Below, one piece after another: positions 39,439 through 51,063 of a DNA stretch of 64,000 nt. The first letter of the stretch is position 1, and each line of letters starts with the position of its first letter. The notes under the pieces were generated by a model. It made no database searches and was not told the DNA's origin. It saw only the letters and a program-made list of their open reading frames with translations. Origin of the DNA: Pirellulales bacterium (GTDB taxonomy: Bacteria > Planctomycetota > Planctomycetia > Pirellulales > PALSA-1355); assembly GCA_963733035.1 (NCBI GenBank), contig CAVTBU010000004.1:384001-448000 (forward strand). Reading direction: 5' to 3'. The position numbers and the translations under genes are program-made.

Positions 39439-42120
39439 CTAGGCACTCTCCCTTCCGCGACGCTTCACTCGCGGGGCTGGCTCGTCTTCCTCTTCGTCTT
39501 CCTCCTCTTCAAACTCGCCCTCCTCTTCCTCGTAGTCATCCTCCCCGTATTCCTCGGCGTCCTCGTCCGAATCCTCTTCGTACTCCTCGTCCTCGTCGGT
39601 CTCGTACTCCTCTTCTTCGTCCTCATCATCGATTTGCGGTTGCGAACGAGGCGCGACGGTCAGCACGCGTCCACTGCGCGAGGGCGCCGGCGATGTTGCC
39701 GTCGGCGCCTTCGCTGCCGGAGCGGCATCCGCGGCCGAGCCGCCGGCGCACATGGCTTCCCATTGCTCGACAGTAATCGTTACCTCGCGGGCTTGTGAGC
39801 CGTTGTATTGACCGACGATGCCGTCCTCGGCCATGTAGTCGACCAACCGCGCGGCGCGGCCATAGCCGATGCCAAGCGCCCGCTGCAACAGCGACACGCT
39901 GCCACGTCCCTCGCGCACCACGACGTCAACCGCTGCTTCATAGAGTTCATCGCGATTCGTAAGTTTCTTGCCGCCGTCCGCGCCGCCGTTTGCGTCCGTG
40001 GCCTTGAGTTGCACCAATTCCTTGACGAACTGTTGCTCGTTGGTTCCCACGAAGTCAACGACCGCGTTGATCTCGTCGTCACTGACGTAGGTACCCTGAC
40101 CACGCAACAGCGTGCTCGTGCCGGGCGAGAGGAATAGCATGTCACCGTTGCCGAGCAACTTGTCGGCCCCCATCTCATCCAGCACCACGCGGCTATCCGT
40201 CCGGCTGGCCACCTGGAAAGCGATCCGGGCCGGCAAGTTCGACTTGATCAGACCCGTGATCACGTCGACCGTCGGTTTCTGCGTGGCGAGCACCAAGTGA
40301 ATGCCAACCGCTCGACTCTTTTGAGCCAGGCGAATGATGTGCTGTTCCACTTCCTTGCCCGCGGTCATCATCAGGTCCGCCATTTCGTCGGCGATAATCA
40401 CGATGAACGGCAGCGTGGTCGGAATATTCTTGCGTTCTTCGTCGTCCTCCGGCTGCAAACGGTCCATCAGTTCGTCATGGCCCAGTTGGTTGTACGAACC
40501 GATATGCCGCACCCCGGCCCGGGCGAGCAGCGTATACCGCTCTTCCATTTTCTCCACGGCCCAGGCCAAAATCGCCTCGGCCTTCCGCATGTCGGTCACC
40601 ACCGGGTGCATCAAATGCGGCAGCTTCTTGTACGGGCTGAGTTCGACCATTTTTGGATCGATCATCAACATCCGCACTTCATCCGGCTTGCGCGTCATGA
40701 GCATCGAGACGATGATCGAATTCAAGCACACGCTTTTGCCGGTGCCGGTGCGACCGGCGATCAGCAAGTGGGGCATCGTGCTCATGTCGACCACCATCGA
40801 CTTGCCAGAGACGTCCTTGCCCAAGTAGATCGGAATCCGCATCTTGCTGATGCTCGCGCTCGATTCCTCGATCACCTCGCGGATGCGCACCAGATGCCGT
40901 TCGGTGTTCGGCACCTCGATACCAACCGTATTCTTGCCAGGAATCGGCGCAACGATTCGGACGCTCGGCACGCGCAGGGCAATTGCCAGATCGTCGGCCA
41001 GGCTGGTAATCTTCGACAATCGCAATCCGGCCTCCAACTCGACTTCGAACTGAGCGATGACCGGACCAGTCTCGATTTCGACCACTTTTACCTTGAATCC
41101 GAAGTCGGCGAAGGTCTTTTCCAGGATCTTTGCCTGACGGCGTACTTCCTTCTCGTGCTCCTCGTAAGAAATCTCTTCGCCGGGCATCAGCAGATCAATC
41201 GCCGGAAGCTCATACTCGTCGGATTCTTCTGTCCGGCTGGCGGCATCCAGCTCTTCCATCACCACATCTCGATCGCTTTTCTTTGGCCGCTTGAACCGCG
41301 GCTCGCGAACCGCGGGCGGGGCGGAATTCGTAGTCGCGACCTGAGCTTCGACCTCCTCGCCCGCTTCTTCCTCTTCTTCCTCAAGCTCGTCCTCGAGCTC
41401 CTCCTCGTCTTCCTCTTCTTCCTCGGCGATCTGCAGTTTCGCGCGCGATGCGGCAGCTGATTTGCCACCGATCTTGATCGCCGGTTCATCGTCGTCGACT
41501 TCGTCGAGATCCGTTCGAGATGACCGCGCGGCGGCGTTCTCGGCTGCCTTCACGGCGCGTGCCACGCGCATCGAACGGTATGCGCCAATCGGTCCGGCCA
41601 GAACTCGCCCGGCCAGTCGGGGTAGAAGATATTCGGTGCACAGCAGAAGACCGCCGATCAGTGTACTGAGTGTCAGGATGTACGCACCGGCGCGAGCAAA
41701 GTGCAGCTCAAGCAGCCCCCGACCGGCGGCGCCTAAGTAACCTCCGGGCCCAATCACCGGTCCCAGCGACCAGGTCGTGGCAAGCGACGCCAGCGTGCAC
41801 AGCGATACGAGCGACATCGCCCAACCGAGCGCTCTGAGTGCCGGCTGCGTGACAGGACGACGAGCGAGTAGCCAGCCGTCCAGAAGCGCCAACGAACCGA
41901 CCAGGTAGTACGCACCGACGCCGAGACCTTGCAATAGCAGATCGGCCGCCAACGCACCCGAACGGCCGCAGGCGTTTTGTATCTTGGCGGTCGGCGGATA
42001 AACGAGTCCATCAAGCGACTCGGCCCGGTCGTAGGTCGCCAGGGACATACCCGCAAAGACGCAGATGGCCAGCAGGGCCAGTGCCGCCAAATCGAGTTTG
42101 ATGCTCCGTGCTTCAGCCAT
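39439..42120 (-). CDS. ftsK: DNA translocase FtsK
   Basis: 4TM N-domain, PHLLIAGRTGTGKS, IDPKMVEL, DEMADLMM, ATQKPTVDVITG, gamma domain SVSLLQRALGIGYGRAARLVD. Confidence 0.97.
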   Translation of the reverse strand: MAEARSIKLDLAALALLAICVFAGMSLATYDRAESLDGLVYPPTAKIQNACGRSGALAADLLLQGLGVGAYYLVGSLALLDGWLLARRPVTQPALRALGWAMSLVSLCTLASLATTWSLGPVIGPGGYLGAAGRGLLELHFARAGAYILTLSTLIGGLLLCTEYLLPRLAGRVLAGPIGAYRSMRVARAVKAAENAAARSSRTDLDEVDDDEPAIKIGGKSAAASRAKLQIAEEEEEDEEELEDELEEEEEEAGEEVEAQVATTNSAPPAVREPRFKRPKKSDRDVVMEELDAASRTEESDEYELPAIDLLMPGEEISYEEHEKEVRRQAKILEKTFADFGFKVKVVEIETGPVIAQFEVELEAGLRLSKITSLADDLAIALRVPSVRIVAPIPGKNTVGIEVPNTERHLVRIREVIEESSASISKMRIPIYLGKDVSGKSMVVDMSTMPHLLIAGRTGTGKSVCLNSIIVSMLMTRKPDEVRMLMIDPKMVELSPYKKLPHLMHPVVTDMRKAEAILAWAVEKMEERYTLLARAGVRHIGSYNQLGHDELMDRLQPEDDEERKNIPTTLPFIVIIADEMADLMMTAGKEVEQHIIRLAQKSRAVGIHLVLATQKPTVDVITGLIKSNLPARIAFQVASRTDSRVVLDEMGADKLLGNGDMLFLSPGTSTLLRGQGTYVSDDEINAVVDFVGTNEQQFVKELVQLKATDANGGADGGKKLTNRDELYEAAVDVVVREGRGSVSLLQRALGIGYGRAARLVDYMAEDGIVGQYNGSQAREVTITVEQWEAMCAGGSAADAAPAAKAPTATSPAPSRSGRVLTVAPRSQPQIDDEDEEEEYETDEDEEYEEDSDEDAEEYGEDDYEEEEGEFEEEEDEEEDEPAPRVKRRGRESA

Positions 42121-42418
42121 GGTCGGTCGCGATTCGTCCTTTCTTGCCGGCGATATCCGCTCGCCGACAAACGCCAGGCACGTTGTGCCCTGGCAAAGTC
42201 CGTTCTTTGATTTTGGCCGGTTGGTGGGGAGCCCTAAGACGACTTGGCAAAGCCGTCGAATACAGGGCTCGGGGTGCTAGCTCCAATGGAAAGCTTAGCA
42301 CGAACAACAGCACGCGGTCGGACCCAATCGTTCGCGAGACGAACTCCGTCTCAAGCACGTTGCGGGTTGTGCTGATTCTGCAGAATGTGAACACCGCCGG
42401 CGGCTGAATCTGGGAAAG

Positions 42419-43300
42419 CTAGTCCGCGTGCGAAAAGTTCTTCGCCGCCCGCAACGAACCGTCTGGGCGCCGAGCCAGAATGGCGACCAGTCGACCGGAA
42501 TCGTCATAGGCCGCGCAACGGTCCCCAGCGACGTCGGGTATGGAGACGGCAAGACCGTGCGCGACGCGTTGCCGCGCGGCGAGGTCCAGCGTAACCCCTT
42601 CCATCATTCCCTGTACGGCGAGCTTCGCGTCCAGCAGATATTCGGCCAGGTTGTAGCGAGTCAAAAGCTCGGGGTCGAGTGCCGACTCGAGTTCAAACGG
42701 TCCCACGGCAGTACGCACCAACGCCGACATGACGGCAGCCGAACCCACCATCTCGGCCAGGTCGCGACCCAGCGATCGAATATAGGTTCCCCCTCCGCAT
42801 TCAACGTCCAGACATAGCTCCGGATACTCGTAGCGGACAATCCGCACGCAATCCACGCGCACGACGCGAGGCGGCAAATCTGGCGGTTTGCCGGCTCGAG
42901 CCAACTCGTAGGCCCGCGTTCCGTCCACCTTCAGTGCGGAAAACGCCGGCGGGCGCTGTTCGATTTCTCCTCCACTGAGCCGCGCCGCGGCCATTTCGAG
43001 CTGCTCGCGCGTCGGTTGCACGGCGTTTGGCAGTTCGGTAATCGCGCCCTCGACATCCTCGGTAGTGCTCGACCGGCCGAGCAAGAATGTGCCGCGATAG
43101 CGCTTCGGCATCTCGTGCACATATTCAACCAATCGCGTGGCCTGGCCGACGCCCAGCACGACGACTCCCGTGGCCAATGGATCGAGTGTGCCGCTATGAC
43201 CGACCTTCACGGAACGATCGAGTCGCTGCACCAGGTCGACCAGGCGCCGCGAGGTAATTCCACTCGGCTTGTTCAGGTTCAGCAGTCCGAAAAGTTGCAT
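42419..43300 (-). CDS. truB: tRNA pseudouridine(55) synthase
   Basis: LNKPSGITS, VGHSGTLDPLATG, PPAFSALKVDG, GTYIRSLGRD. Confidence 0.96.
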   Translation of the reverse strand: MQLFGLLNLNKPSGITSRRLVDLVQRLDRSVKVGHSGTLDPLATGVVVLGVGQATRLVEYVHEMPKRYRGTFLLGRSSTTEDVEGAITELPNAVQPTREQLEMAAARLSGGEIEQRPPAFSALKVDGTRAYELARAGKPPDLPPRVVRVDCVRIVRYEYPELCLDVECGGGTYIRSLGRDLAEMVGSAAVMSALVRTAVGPFELESALDPELLTRYNLAEYLLDAKLAVQGMMEGVTLDLAARQRVAHGLAVSIPDVAGDRCAAYDDSGRLVAILARRPDGSLRAAKNFSHAD

Positions 43301-43416
43301 CAGACCTCATGCGGGCTGGCGGCCGCTTGGTTTGCATCGGAATTTCGCATCGGAACCTTGTCGCCAGTCCGGTAAGGATCCCGCGGCACGATCCATTTCG
43401 TAAAAAAGGGCGTTCG

Positions 43417-44933
43417 CTAGCAATTTACGATCTGGAAGTCGTACAGGTTCGCGATGTCATCGGCCGATTTCTCCGCGATCCTCGTAAAACGTTGATAGAG
43501 AGCGTCGACATCCTTGACGCCCAACGACGCTAGCGTCCTGAATTTGTGCTCGAGCAGCGCCGGCAGGTTACCGCTCGTGTTCCGCGCATGACCTTCGGGA
43601 TACATCACCAGCCCACTGGTGAGCTTGCCAAGCTTCGCATGCTCGATGTCGAGCGTCGTGGGGATGCCGTCCGGATATTTTTCATCGTATTCCCGCCCAC
43701 CGTGACGGAATTCGATGCGGTCAATAATCTGTCGCGTCAGTGGATCGATCAGGCTGGCATCGTCGTAGTCTTCGGGCACCAACATCAACTCGCGCCAGCC
43801 GGCCTGTTTTCTTTCAAACGCCTTTCGCAACAGTGTCGCGACGATGTAAACCATCGAGTGATCGGCGCTTTGCCGGGTGCGAGGGTCGCGCTTGGCTGGA
43901 TCGCCAATAATACCGAAGGCCGGCTCGTAGATCGTGATGCGAACTTTTCTCAGATTCGCCGGATCATCGAGCAAGCCTGGATTCTTAATCAGCAGATCCA
44001 TCAAACCGCCAATCGCCCCGGCCGACTGATGCTCGTAGAGTCCCAGCTTGAAGTGCATTCCCATGACGGCAAAGTCGTCACCGCTGACCCCCAACGCCAG
44101 ATCGAAGGGGCTGGTATTCTTTTCGGCCGGTTTTTCGAAGAGACAGAAGATGGCCTCGGGATTGCGGAAGATATCGGCGGGACCGACGAAGCCGTGCATC
44201 GCCCGCCGCATGCTAAGCACCGCAACCTCCGCGCTAATCGCGGCCGACGCCCCCTTCGAATCGGATAGCTGCTTGCCGGCGCGGATTGCCCGAAACGGGA
44301 TGTAGTGCGCCACGACCATCCCAATGGCCGACTCGATCTGCTCGGGCCGGGCACCCAACACAGCACCAAACGTTGCGGCCGAGGCAATCGCGCCGTGTAC
44401 GACGTGGTCGATCTTGTAGTTCTTCAGGGCGAAGACCTCGGCCAGCCGGCCCCGTATCTCGTCGAGCAGGATCATGGCCCGGAGCGTTTGACGGCCGTCG
44501 CACCCTTGCAACTGGGCGGCAGCCACGGCCACCGGATAGAAATCGTTGTGACCGAACTCGCCCCGCGTCGCGCCGCGAGACGGGTTGTATCCAAAGTTGG
44601 TCCCGTTCGCATCCCACTCACGCACGGCCGAGCTATTCGCCACGACAGCCTTCTCGGGCATCACGTGAACTCGCGCACGAATACGGGCACCCCCTCGCCA
44701 AGTTCGTGGCACACATAGTCCAAGGCTTCCTGCCGGAGCACGCGCGGGGCGTTGGTGCCGCAGGCCAGTGCCGAAACGCCGCAGGCAATGCTGTCCAGAT
44801 GAAATTGCTCGACTTTCTGGTAGACGCTCTCGGCGGGCTCGCCGAGTTTTCCGGACATGAAATCGCAGGCATACTGACCGATGCCCCGCGCTTGGTTTTC
44901 AGAACGCGACAGGACCACAAACTCATTCGACAC
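43417..44933 (-). CDS. MmgE/PrpD family protein (2-methylcitrate dehydratase-like); apparent frameshift ~44675
   Basis: ANSSAVREWDANGT, GHNDFYP, SADHSMVY, YPEGHARN; N-terminus in ORF 44661-44951 with GGAGG RBS before GTG 44933. Confidence 0.85.
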
Positions 44934-45185
44934 GCTCAATGACCTCCGCAAGTTGCAGGCTGGCTTGGGGTTTTGCGACCCTGCAATCTACCGGCGGCGC
45001 ACGGGAGTTGTAAACCCGCCCTGCCTCTGGCTCACTGGCCGATTGGCTCGACCCCTGTTACGATAAGGTCAACGCCGTATTACACTTCCACCGCATCCTT
45101 CTTGAGCCGACGCGCGGATGGCCAATGTGACGACGCGGTTCGCATCGCGTGCACGTCGGTCCGCTGGCAAGCGGCAACGACTCCC

Positions 45186-46932
45186 ATGCAGTTCGAGCAG
45201 CTCGGGCCCTATCGCCTGGGAAAAAAACTCGGTCAGGGCGGCATGGGTGCCGTCTACGAGGGCATTGACCGCGAAACGGGCGACTCGGCGGCAATCAAAG
45301 TCCTCTCACCTCGCCTGGCGGTCGACGACGGGTTTCGCGTTCGATTTGAAGCCGAGATTGAATCGCTCAAAAAACTGTGCCACCCGAACATCGTGCGACT
45401 ATACGGTTATGGGGAAGAGGCCGGCACGCTGTTCTATGCGATGGAGTTGGTGCAAGGCCATAGTCTCGAGGATGAGCTGCGCCGGGCGGCGGTTCGAATG
45501 GCGCGAAGTCACAAAGATCGCCATCAAGCTCTGCCGAGCTTTGAAACACGCCCACGATCACGGCGTGATCCATCGCGACCTGAAACCGGCCAATCTCCTT
45601 CTTACCGAGGACGGCGACATCAAGCTGTCCGACTTTGGCATCGCCAGACTCTTCGGCAATACGCGATTGACGGCCGATGGCGGTGTGTTGGGAACGGCCG
45701 AGTTCATGGCGCCAGAACAGGCCGACGGACGCCAGGTAACCGACCGATGCGACCAATACAGCCTGGGCGGCGTGATGTACGCGCTGCTGACGGGTCGGCC
45801 ACCATTTCGAGCAAAGACGCTGGTCGAAATGTTGCAACTGCAGCGCTACGCGGAACCTGAACCGGTTACGCGTTATGCCCCGCAGACACCGGCCGAACTC
45901 GCCCGAATCATTCATCAACTATTGGAAAAGGACCCGCAAAAACGGTTCGCCAATACGATGATTCTGGCCCGCAGCCTGGAAGCGATGGAACGGGGCCTCT
46001 CGATTTCAGCCAGTCGACACGGCGACGACTTCGTGCTGACGCCGCCTGAGGAATCGCCGCCCGCGTCGTCGGCCATCGTTCCTCTGGCGCCGACTTTGTC
46101 GCCAACGCAGTTGGCGGCCGCGCAGGCCGAATCGGGCGCTCCGCAAACCGGCCAAGCCACGGCCGCGACCATGGCTTTTGCGCCCGCCGCGGAAAAACAG
46201 ACCCCGCATAACGCTGCCGTCTCGGATACCGCAGCCGCGCGATTTACCAAGGTCAACGAGCAACATGAGGATTCGAGCGGACTCCGCGATTGGCTCGCCG
46301 GCCTGCTGGCGCCGCAGACGCTGGGACTGGTTGCCGCGTTGGCACTGCTCATCGCGGCCGGCTGGTATTTGATGCGGCCCGAAAGTGCCGATGCGCTTTT
46401 CACACGGATCGAAGCGGCCGCATCCTCCGATGATCCCGATCGTCTCAAATCGGCGCACGACGACATTACGAGTTTCCTGGAGATTTATCCGGACGACCCA
46501 CGCATCGAGCAGGTGCAAGAGTACGAGGAAGAATCGCAACAATCCAACCCGATTCAGCGTGCCTATAGCGAGGCGATGCGGTATTCCTTGGTCAATCCGG
46601 AACTGGCCTTACTCCGTTTCGATGCATTGGTGGACGTATACGACGATGGCAAGCAGAATTCGGAGGCTGCCCGGCATTACGTCCGACTGGCCAAACTTCA
46701 GCGGAAGAAATTGCAAGCGCGAGTCAGTCGCTACGTCGAAGATGGCCGCGCGTTGCTCGCCACGCGGCTCAAGAAAGCTGCGTCCTTGTCAACGGACAAC
46801 CCGGCGAACGCTCGAAAGATCTATCGGGGCATCGTTGAGCTGTATGGCGATAAGCCTTGGGCCGCCGATCTCGTGCGTCAGGCGCAGGAGGCCCTCCAAC
46901 AATCGACACCTCAACAAACAGCCGCGGAATAG
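45186..46932 (+). CDS. Membrane-anchored Ser/Thr protein kinase; apparent frameshift ~45482
   Basis: LGQGGMGAVY, AIK, HPNIV in frame 44973; HRDLKPAN, DFG, APE in frame 45118; one TM segment then an extracytoplasmic helical domain. Confidence 0.92.
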
Positions 46933-46975
46933 CCGATTGGCCTTTCTGGTCGCCGGCAAGCTATAAAGGTTATGT

Positions 46976-47983
46976 ATGGAACATTCCTCCGGGCCATCGT
47001 TTCCGACCACTCGCCTGCGGCGTCTTCGCTACCATCCGGCTGTGCGCCGCCTGGTGCAAGAAACGCAACTCGCGCCGGCACACTTCATCCTGCCGCTCTT
47101 CGTGCGGCCCGGCACGAAACAACGGCAGCCCATCAGCTCGATGCCGGGGCACTACCAGATATCGCCGGATCAATTGGCCCCGGAGCTCGAGGCGGTTCAG
47201 CGGTTGGGCCTGGGAGGAGTGATCCTGTTTGGAATCCCCACGGAAAAGGACGCCACCGGCAGCGACTCGACCAGCGACTCGGGCATCGTGCAACAGGCCA
47301 TCGCGGCCGCCAAGAAAGCCGCACCCGAGGTGCTTCTAATGACGGACGTTTGTTTCTGTGAATACACCGACCACGGTCATTGCGGCATCGTCAACGACCG
47401 CACCGGCCGTATGGATGTCGACAACGATGCGACCCTCGAGCTGATCGCAAGCCAGGCCCTGAGCCATGCCCGGGCTGGGGCCGACGTGGTAGCTCCCAGC
47501 GGCATGATGGACGGCATGATTGGCGCGATTCGCCAACGATTCGACGGCGCCGGATTTGCGCACGTGCCCATCGTCAGCTACGCGGCAAAATATGCCAGCG
47601 CTTTCTACGGGCCGTTCCGCGAAGCGGCCGAGAGCACGCCCCAATTCGGCGATCGCCGCACGTATCAAATGGACCCTGCCGCGGCCGCCGGCCAGGCGCT
47701 GCGAGAAGTAGAACTCGACCTGGCCGAAGGTGCCGACGTCGTGATGGTGAAGCCCGCACTGGCCTACCTGGACATCATCCGTGACGTGCGTGAGTCCTTT
47801 CCAGGCGTGCCGGTTGCGGCCTACAATGTGTCCGGCGAATTCAGCATGATCAAAGCCGCCGCCGAGCGTGGCTGGATCGATGAACGAGCCGTCGCCCTCG
47901 AGTCTCTGTTGGCCATGCGACGAGCGGGCGCCAGCATTCTGCTGACTTATTGGGCAAAACAAGCGGCCGAATGGCTTCGCTAG
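46976..47983 (+). CDS. hemB: Porphobilinogen synthase (Zn-type)
   Basis: [47 protein letters not shown]. Confidence 0.98.
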   Translation: MEHSSGPSFPTTRLRRLRYHPAVRRLVQETQLAPAHFILPLFVRPGTKQRQPISSMPGHYQISPDQLAPELEAVQRLGLGGVILFGIPTEKDATGSDSTSDSGIVQQAIAAAKKAAPEVLLMTDVCFCEYTDHGHCGIVNDRTGRMDVDNDATLELIASQALSHARAGADVVAPSGMMDGMIGAIRQRFDGAGFAHVPIVSYAAKYASAFYGPFREAAESTPQFGDRRTYQMDPAAAAGQALREVELDLAEGADVVMVKPALAYLDIIRDVRESFPGVPVAAYNVSGEFSMIKAAAERGWIDERAVALESLLAMRRAGASILLTYWAKQAAEWLR

Positions 47984-48048
47984 TCGTCGCGTCCATATTG
48001 CCCGGCCTCGCCCCTCGCCATCCCCTAACCGCGGAATGTTTGCCTGCC

Positions 48049-49349
48049 ATGACGCATACATCCTCTGACGCCGCTCGTGCAAAAAGTCACGCTGCCTTTG
48101 CCCGAGCCAAACGGCTCATGCCCGGTGGAGTCAACAGCCCGGCCCGGGCCTTTGGCGCCGTTGGCGGAGAGCCAATCTTTTTCGAACGGGCGCAGGTGCC
48201 TATCTTTACGACATCGACGGCAATCGCTATATCGACTACATCGGATCCTGGGGACCGATGATCCTGGGGCACAACCATCCACGCGTGCTCGAAGCCGTTC
48301 AACAGGCGGCGGCGCGAGGCACAAGCTTTGGCGCGCCGACGGAAGCCGAAAGCGAGCTGGCGGAACTCATCGTCGAAGCCGTTCCCTCGGTGGAAAAAGT
48401 GCGGTTGGTGAATTCCGGCACCGAGGCCACGATGAGTGCCCTGCGGCTCGCTCGCGGTTTCACGGGCCGCGACGTCGTCGTCAAATTCGCGGGCAACTAT
48501 CACGGTCACGTCGACAGCCTGTTGGTGGCAGCCGGAAGCGCAGCCGCCACGCTGGGCGTGCCGAACTCGCCCGGTGTTACCGCCGGAACGACGAAGGACA
48601 CGCTCGTTCTCGAATACAACGATCCGGCCGGACTCGAGCGGGCGTTCAACGAGCTGGGTTCCAAGATCGCCGCGGTGATTTTCGAGCCCGTGGTGGGCAA
48701 CATGGGATGCGTCGTTCCGACGCCCGAATTCCTCCGCGCGCTTTGCAGTCTTACAACAAAGTATGGGGCCCTGCTGATCTGCGACGAGGTGATGACCGGC
48801 TTTCGGGTCGCCTATGGAGGTGCGCAGTCGCTCTGGGGAATAGCGCCTGATCTGACGACTCTAGGCAAAATTGTTGGCGGCGGCCTCCCCGTCGGAGCCT
48901 ATGGCGGGCGGGCGGAAATCATGGATCACGTGCTGCCGGCCGGAAAGGTGTTTCAGGCTGGCACACTCAGCGGCAATCCGCTGGCGACGGCGGCCGGAAT
49001 CGCCACGCTGAAGGTATTGCGCGACGACGCACCGTACGAGTATCTAGAACGCATCAGCGCGCGTCTGGCGGTGGGACTCGACCAGGCCGCCGCAGGCGTT
49101 CCGCATACGATCGCCCGCGTGGGCAGCATGCTAACGCTCTTTTTCTCTTCCGAACCGGTTGTCGACTGGCCCTCGGCCAGCAGGGCCGACGTTGCGCGGT
49201 ACGCGCGGTTTTTCTGGGGGCTGATCGAGCGTGGCATCTACATGCCGTGCAGCCAGTTCGAAGCCCTGTTCGTGTCGAGCGCTCACGATGAGGCTCAGAT
49301 CGAGGCGACGGTTTCCGCGGCCAGGCAAGTTTTCGAATCTTGGGCGTAA
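48049..49349 (+). CDS. hemL: Glutamate-1-semialdehyde 2,1-aminomutase; apparent frameshift ~48195
   Basis: [47 protein letters not shown]; adding one G gives [13 protein letters not shown]. Confidence 0.95.
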
Positions 49350-49560
49350 TGCTTGGGGAAGCAGGAAGGTATGGGTGACCGGCAGGGCCTGCGCTCTCCG
49401 GTAATTTTTCCGCTTATTCTCGCCCCTCGTTTGCCGCAAAACCGGTCCCCCAGCGAACCATAAATCCCCCACTCGAAGTATTTTCCTGTACAGATTGCCG
49501 GTGTTTTTCGCAACGATAAGTGCGGAAAACGACACCACATGCGACAATTCGCGACCCTGC

Positions 49561-49621
49561 TTAAAAAATTCCTTAAAAATTTCTGCGAAACCTTGAAACC
49601 TGCCCCATCCGGAACTATAGT
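49561..49621 (+). promoter_or_regulatory. Strong sigma70-type promoter with UP element
   Basis: AT tract ttaaaaaattccttaaaaattt, TTGAAA (49593-49598), 17 nt, TATAGT (49616-49621). Confidence 0.65.
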
Positions 49622-50156
49622 CGGGACATGTCAGATTCCAGCGGTTGTAACGCTGGTATCGATCAGAAGTTTCGCAACGCTCTACAGATCGAGACCGCTG
49701 CTGTAAACAGGGGGCCGCTAATGCATTGATTCTGGAGCTGACCGCTGCGGTCTATTCGGTTGAGCTCATCCTAACTTAGATGCACCATGCTCCGCGGGTT
49801 CCCTGTCTGTCGGTCGACCACTTGATCCCGGCCACCCAGTCATGCGACCTGTCGCTTGACGAAATTTAGGGCAAGTGTGGTCAAGATTGCCGCCTGTGGG
49901 TTCTCTTTGCCAAGGAAGTCGCACCGCTTTGCAGCGCTTTGCGTGGCGGACGTGCAGCCGAGTTAAGGTGGTTCTCGACCGCCCAGCCACGTCGCCGCAA
50001 CGCGACTTGGCAGTGTGCCGTAAAACTTCCTGCAACCTCCCCAAAGGCCACGGTAGTTTCCGGCGTTTCGCAACAAAGAAGACGGCTAGTTTGGAAGAGC
50101 TTGTTCGGTCCAAACATCAAAAAGAGTTCCTTGGTATTCGTAAAGGAGACTGCTAA

Positions 50157-50969
50157 ATGCCTACGCCTATTACGGGTTGTTTACTGCGCCGCGCCTTGGT
50201 CGTCGCAGTCGCCCTGTGCCTGTTTGCCTCGTCGGCTCAGGCCGCACGTCTTACGGTTGATCCCAACCAAAGTTTCCTCGCGATTAGCGGCAACATCGAC
50301 GCAAGTTCGGTCGGTGGCCCTTCATACGCGAATCTTCCTTACCTTGAACAGGCCACCGGTTCGATGACGGCCACCTACGCAGGGTGGGTAGACATCGACC
50401 TGCAGCCCGGCACGATTCAGTTGCTGCCTGGCTCCAACATGGTTGCCGCCACGACTGGCATCTGGGCGCCAGCCGATCCTGGTCCGGGCAACGGCGATCC
50501 GTCCGGCGGCGCTAGCCCGGCCAACTACGGTATCTCGATTCCTCAGCTCGGAGTCTTGGCGGAGTACAACACGCTACGTCTCGATTTCGGTGCCCTGGCC
50601 TATTCGATTCCGTCGACCCCAATGGCTTTGTCCGGCCCCAGCTTTGACTTGACCGGACAGGCCATGAGTTTTTCGACTGGCCGATCGGCACTCGTTTCTG
50701 GTCTGGGTAACGACGCGAGCGATGTCTCGGGTTTCCCCACCATCTTTAGCACCAACGGCGCCGACGTCGGTACTTGGGATGGAACGACCCTGACGATCCC
50801 GGTCCACTCGACCGTGACCTACGAGATTTCGTCTTCGCCCCTTATCTACAACACGGTTCAGTTCACGGGTCAAATCGTGGCTGTGATTCCCGAGCCGTCG
50901 ACCATGATTATGGCCGGCCTCGGCGTCTTCGGTCTCGTTGCCGTGGGCTATCGCAAACGCAAGGCCTAA
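50157..50969 (+). CDS. PEP-CTERM sorting domain protein
   Basis: AAAGGAG RBS, signal peptide ending AQA, C-terminal IPEPST + TM + RKRKA. Confidence 0.95.
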   Translation: MPTPITGCLLRRALVVAVALCLFASSAQAARLTVDPNQSFLAISGNIDASSVGGPSYANLPYLEQATGSMTATYAGWVDIDLQPGTIQLLPGSNMVAATTGIWAPADPGPGNGDPSGGASPANYGISIPQLGVLAEYNTLRLDFGALAYSIPSTPMALSGPSFDLTGQAMSFSTGRSALVSGLGNDASDVSGFPTIFSTNGADVGTWDGTTLTIPVHSTVTYEISSSPLIYNTVQFTGQIVAVIPEPSTMIMAGLGVFGLVAVGYRKRKA

Positions 50970-51011
50970 GCAGTCTCCGAGTTCCTGTGACTCGGCAGAA
51001 TGCATGCATTC

Positions 51012-51052
51012 ACTGGGCTTGTCGACTTCGCGTCGGCAAGCCCAGTTTTTTT
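51012..51052 (+). terminator. Rho-independent terminator
   Basis: ACTGGGCTTGTCGAC-TTCGC-GTCGGCAAGCCCAGT followed by a T run. Confidence 0.9.
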
Positions 51053-51063
51053 ATGACTGAGCG

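Noticed and set aside
42229..42301. c-di-GMP-I riboswitch suggested by GGCAAA
   Set aside because: Lacks the GNRA tetraloop/receptor and second-stem consensus, and that reading is antisense to ftsK
48049..49349. hemL (and other split genes) as pseudogenes
   Set aside because: One missing G in a G run with all motifs intact; an assembly error is more parsimonious
49766..50367. Short ORFs in the region upstream of the PEP-CTERM gene
   Set aside because: No RBS, atypical composition, no motifs
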